64,000 nt of DNA, taken from NCBI GenBank assembly GCA_965221125.1, contig CBDCRW010000003.1, forward strand, positions 448,001-512,000. The letters run 5' to 3'. The translations under genes were made by a program, and so were the position numbers. The notes beneath the pieces are model-generated. The model searched no databases. It was not told the origin of the DNA and saw nothing but the letters and a program-made list of their open reading frames with translations. Positions 60,343-64,000 of the stretch are shown here, piece by piece (positions within the stretch are counted from its first letter, which is position 1; the number at the start of each line of letters is the position of its first letter). This stretch comes from Alphaproteobacteria bacterium. Lineage in GTDB: Bacteria; Pseudomonadota; Alphaproteobacteria; UBA828.

Positions 60343-61278
60343 TCAGGCGTCGGCGGGAGATGCCGAGGCGAGCCTGGCCTCGCGGTTCGCCCTGAGCGTC
60401 CGAAAATCGTCGCCGGCGTGGTAGGAGGAGCGCGTGAGCGGCGAGGACGAGACCATGAGGAAGCCCTTGGCGTAGGCCAGCCGCTCGTACTCGGCGAACT
60501 CGTCCGGTGTGACGTAGCGCATCACCTCGTGGTGGCGCTCGGTCGGGCGCAGGTACTGGCCGATGGTGAGGAAATCCACGTCCGCTGAGCGCAGGTCGTC
60601 CATGACTTGCAGGATCTCGCGGCGCTCCTCGCCGAGGCCCACCATGACGCCGGACTTGGTGAACATGGAGGGATCGCGGAGCTTCACGGTGTCCAGCAGC
60701 CGCAGCGAGTGGTAGTAGCGCGCGCCGGGCCGGACCTCGGTGTAGAGGCGCGGCACGGTCTCCAGATTGTGGTTGTAGACGTCGGGCTTCGCGTCGGTCA
60801 CCGCCTCGATGGCGCCGGGCTTGTTGCGGAAGTCGGGCGTCAGCACCTCGATCGTGGTCTCGGGCGCCGTCTCGCGCAGCCGCTGGATGCAGCGCACGAA
60901 CTGGAAGGCCCCGCCGTCGTCGAGGTCGTCGCGGTCGACCGAGGTGATGACCACGTGGTCGAGGCCGAGCGCGGAGACCGCCTGGGCCAGCTCGTCGGGC
61001 TCGTGCGGGTCGAGCTGGTCGGGCCGGCCGGTGGCGACGTTGCAGAAGGCGCAGGCGCGGGTGCAGACCGAGCCCAGGATCATCACGGTGGCGTGGCCCT
61101 TGGCCCAGCACTCGCCGATGTTGGGGCAGGCCGCCTCCTCGCACACGGTGTTGAGCCGGTGCGTGCGCATCAGCTTCCGCGTCGCGTTGTATTCGGACGA
61201 GGTCGGAGCCTTGACCCGGAGCCAGCGCGGCTTGGGCTCGCGGTCGCTACGTGATTTCAGCGGGGTAACGTCCGGCAT
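60343..61278 (-). CDS. lipA: Lipoyl synthase
   Basis: [24 protein letters not shown]. Confidence 0.97.
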   Translation of the reverse strand: MPDVTPLKSRSDREPKPRWLRVKAPTSSEYNATRKLMRTHRLNTVCEEAACPNIGECWAKGHATVMILGSVCTRACAFCNVATGRPDQLDPHEPDELAQAVSALGLDHVVITSVDRDDLDDGGAFQFVRCIQRLRETAPETTIEVLTPDFRNKPGAIEAVTDAKPDVYNHNLETVPRLYTEVRPGARYYHSLRLLDTVKLRDPSMFTKSGVMVGLGEERREILQVMDDLRSADVDFLTIGQYLRPTERHHEVMRYVTPDEFAEYERLAYAKGFLMVSSSPLTRSSYHAGDDFRTLRANREARLASASPADA

Positions 61279-61299
61279 GGCGGCGTCCTCGATTGCAGC

Positions 61300-62703
61300 C
61301 TAGATGTGGAGGACGCGCCCATAGGCGTCAAGCACCGATTCGTGCATCGCCTCGGAAAGTGTGGGGTGCGGGAAGATCGTGCCCGCGAGCTCCGCCTCGG
61401 TGCTCTCCAGCGTGCGCGCGATGGTGTAGCCCTGGATCAGCTCGGTCACCTCCGGGCCGATCATGTGGGCGCCGAGCAGCTCGCCGGTGGTTTCGTCGAA
61501 GACGGTCTTGACCATGCCGTCGGGCTCGCCGAGCGCGATCGCCTTGCCGTTGCCGATGAAGGGGAAGCGCCCGACGCGCACCGCGTGGCCCGCGTCCTTG
61601 GCCGCAGCCTCCGTGAGCCCGACCGAGGCGACCTGCGGCCGGCAGTAGGTGCAGGCCGGCACCCGGCTCGTATCCAGCGGATGCACGCCGTCGACGCCCG
61701 CGATTTTCTCAACGCAGAGCACGCCTTCGTGGCTGGCCTTGTGGGCGAGCCAGGGCGGGCCGGTGACATCGCCGATGGCGTAGACGCCGGGCTCTCCCGT
61801 CGCCATCCAGGGGTCGGTCCGGATGTGCCCCTTGTCGACGACGACGCCGGTGCCCTCCAGCCCCAGGTCCTCGACGTTGCCGACGATGCCGGCGGCGAGG
61901 ATCGCGCGGTCGAACGTGGCCTGCTCCGTCGTGCCGTCCTCGGTCTCGATGGCGGCCTGCACCGCCCCGCCCTCGACCGTGAGGCTGGTCACGCGCGCGC
62001 CGGTGTGGATGGTCATGCCCTGCGCCGCGAAGGCTTTTTGGGCAGCCGCCGAGATCTCCTCGTCCTCGACGGGGAGCACGCGGGGCAGGAGCTCCACCAC
62101 CGTGACCGCGCTGCCGAGATCGGCGTAGAAGCTCGCGAACTCCATGCCGATGGCGCCGGCCCCGATCACCAGCAGCGATGCGGGCTGCGCCTGAGGCACC
62201 ATCGCCTCCTTGTAGGTCCAGATCGTCTCGCCGTCGGGCTCCAGCCCCGGCAGCACCCGCGCCCGCGCCCCTGTCGCGAGGATGATGTGGGCCGCGCGGA
62301 CGGTCTCGGCCGCGCCGTCCTCCGTCGTCACCTCCAGCGCGCCGGGGCCGGCGAGCCGGGCGTGGCCCTGGATCACCGCGACCCCGTTCTTCTTCATCAG
62401 GTAGGCGACGCCGCGCGAGAGCTGGTCCGCTACGCCGCGTGAATGGGCGACGACCTTCTCGATATCGACCGAGACCTCGCCCACGCTGATGCCGAAATCG
62501 CCGAGCCGGCCCAGCGTGTGGCGAAGCTCCGAGACCCGCAGCAGCGCCTTGGTCGGGATGCAGCCCCAGTTGAGGCAGATGCCGCCGAGGCGCTCGCGCT
62601 CGATCACGGCGGCCTTCAGGCCGAGCTGGCTCGCGCGGATCGCCGCGACGTAGCCGCCCGGGCCACTGCCGACGATGACGACGTCATAGGACGCATCCGC
62701 CAT
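61300..62703 (-). CDS. lpdA: Dihydrolipoamide dehydrogenase
   Basis: GSGPGGY, GGICLNWGCIPTK, HPTLSE. Confidence 0.97.
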   Translation of the reverse strand: MADASYDVVIVGSGPGGYVAAIRASQLGLKAAVIERERLGGICLNWGCIPTKALLRVSELRHTLGRLGDFGISVGEVSVDIEKVVAHSRGVADQLSRGVAYLMKKNGVAVIQGHARLAGPGALEVTTEDGAAETVRAAHIILATGARARVLPGLEPDGETIWTYKEAMVPQAQPASLLVIGAGAIGMEFASFYADLGSAVTVVELLPRVLPVEDEEISAAAQKAFAAQGMTIHTGARVTSLTVEGGAVQAAIETEDGTTEQATFDRAILAAGIVGNVEDLGLEGTGVVVDKGHIRTDPWMATGEPGVYAIGDVTGPPWLAHKASHEGVLCVEKIAGVDGVHPLDTSRVPACTYCRPQVASVGLTEAAAKDAGHAVRVGRFPFIGNGKAIALGEPDGMVKTVFDETTGELLGAHMIGPEVTELIQGYTIARTLESTEAELAGTIFPHPTLSEAMHESVLDAYGRVLHI

Positions 62704-62766
62704 GATGTCCTCCGGTCTTGCGCATGAGAGGGGCCGGCCGGGCCGGCGCTCGCTGGAGAAGCCCCG

Positions 62767-63999
62767 CTAGAGAAGCATGGTGAGCGGGTCTTCGATCAGG
62801 CCCTTGAACGCCTGCAGGAACGTGGCGCCGAGCGCGCCGTCCACCACCCGATGATCGACCGAGAGCGTGCACGACATCATGGTGGCGACGGCGAGCGCCC
62901 CGTCCTTCACCACCGGGCGTTGCTCGGCGGTGCCGACGGCGAGGATCATCGACTGCGGCGGGTTGATGATGGCCGCGAACTCCTTGATGCCGTACATGCC
63001 GAGGTTGGAGACGCTGAAGGTGCCGCCCTGGTACTCCTCCGGCGCAAGCCCCATGGGCTTGGCGCGGGCGCGGCCGGCGAGCTCCTTCACCTCGGCGGAG
63101 ATCTCGGCGAGGCCCTTGGCGTCCGCGTTGCGCACGATGGGCGTCACCAGCCCGTCCTCGATGGCGACGGCCACGGAGACATCGGCGCTCGCGTACTGGC
63201 GGAGCGTGCCGTCCACCCAGGAGGCGTTGGCCGCGGGCACCTTACGGAGTGCCAACGCCGCGGCGCGGATCACGAAGTCGTTCACGGAAAGCTTGTAGGC
63301 GTCCGAGCGCTCGTTGAGCTGGGCGCGGGTCTCCAGCACCGCGTCGACCGCGCAATCGACCGTCAGGTAGAAGTGCGGGACCTCGCGCTTCGCCTCCTGC
63401 AGCCGCTGGGCGATGACCTTGCGCATGGTGCTCGCCGGCGCGTCCTGGTAGGCGGCGGCGGGTGCCGCAGGGGCCGGCGCCGGCGCGGGGGCCGGAGCCG
63501 CTGCCGGAGCGGGCGCTGCCGCAGCGGGAGCCGCCGCAGCCGCGGCGATCGCCGCCTCGACATCGACCTTCACGATGCGCCCGTTGGGGCCCGTGCCGGC
63601 GATCGCCTCCAGCGCGAGGCCGGCCTGCTTGGCCATGCGCCGCGCCAGCGGACTCGCGAAGATGCGTGCACCAGGCTCGCGTGCGGGCGCAGGCGGCGTC
63701 GCGCCGTTGCCGCCGGGGGGTGCCGCTGTGGGTGCAGCCGGCGCTGCCGGTGGCGCGGCTTGCGGGGCCGGGCTTGCCGCGGGCGCAGCCTCGGCTGCTG
63801 CTTCGGCCGCAGGCGCTGCGGGGGCGGCCGCAGGCGCGGCAGCCTCACCGCTCTCCAGGGCCGATGCGTCCTCGCCCTCCTCCAGGATCAGCCCAATGAC
63901 CGCGTTCACCGCCACGCCCTCGGTGCCGGCGGCGACGACGATCCTGCCGAGGGTGCCCTCGTCGGTCGCCTCCACCTCCATCGTCGCCTTGTCGGTCTC
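62767..63999 (-). CDS. pdhC: Pyruvate dehydrogenase E2 dihydrolipoamide acetyltransferase, 5'-truncated
   Basis: ETDKATME lipoyl site, ASPLARR, GTGPNGRI, DHRVVDG; Ala/Pro linkers. Confidence 0.95.
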   Translation of the reverse strand, partial: ETDKATMEVEATDEGTLGRIVVAAGTEGVAVNAVIGLILEEGEDASALESGEAAAPAAAPAAPAAEAAAEAAPAASPAPQAAPPAAPAAPTAAPPGGNGATPPAPAREPGARIFASPLARRMAKQAGLALEAIAGTGPNGRIVKVDVEAAIAAAAAAPAAAAPAPAAAPAPAPAPAPAAPAAAYQDAPASTMRKVIAQRLQEAKREVPHFYLTVDCAVDAVLETRAQLNERSDAYKLSVNDFVIRAAALALRKVPAANASWVDGTLRQYASADVSVAVAIEDGLVTPIVRNADAKGLAEISAEVKELAGRARAKPMGLAPEEYQGGTFSVSNLGMYGIKEFAAIINPPQSMILAVGTAEQRPVVKDGALAVATMMSCTLSVDHRVVDGALGATFLQAFKGLIEDPLTMLL

Positions 64000-64000
64000 G

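Noticed and set aside
63450-63850. Ala/Pro repeats in pdhC
   Set aside because: Normal flexible E2 linkers

Overview
A 64-kb, very GC-rich chromosomal segment of an alphaproteobacterium (Rhodospirillales-like gene content and order; taxonomy is inference). Housekeeping genes flank an accessory catabolic block. Left part: rpmE, an MsbA-like exporter, a MotA/MotB-like pair, xerD, aroK-aroB, corC-like, accA, ccmABC, acnA, rnd and mnmA. Right part: an ETC complex I subunit gene, a RatA/Coq10-type gene, lipA, lpdA and pdhC. The block between them (~29.9-57.2 kb) holds three sugar ABC importers, an SDR, an orphan PxpB-like protein, a motif-deviant peptide deformylase, a xylose-isomerase-like enzyme, a PfkB kinase, a frameshifted FadR regulator, a GMC oxidoreductase pair, a Gci-like enolase-superfamily enzyme, an RraA-like protein and a lactonase, with an att-like scar at ~54.7 kb. 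The most unusual region is 990-2642. It contains an AT-rich islet encoding a lone 171-aa protein with HEPN-like motifs (R-x3-E and RNxxxH) behind a sigma70 promoter overlapped by two palindromes. This is followed by a CGTC-type REP, ~0.4 kb of apparently non-coding DNA, a 10-bp-period tandem array inside an inverted repeat, and a perfect alphaproteobacterial LexA box. Five copies of two related RIME/BRU-RS-like palindromic mosaic elements show compensatory base changes, and family A supplies TAG stop codons to adjacent genes. No rRNA, intact tRNA, CRISPR array or transposase was seen. All calls come from reading motifs by eye; no searches were run.
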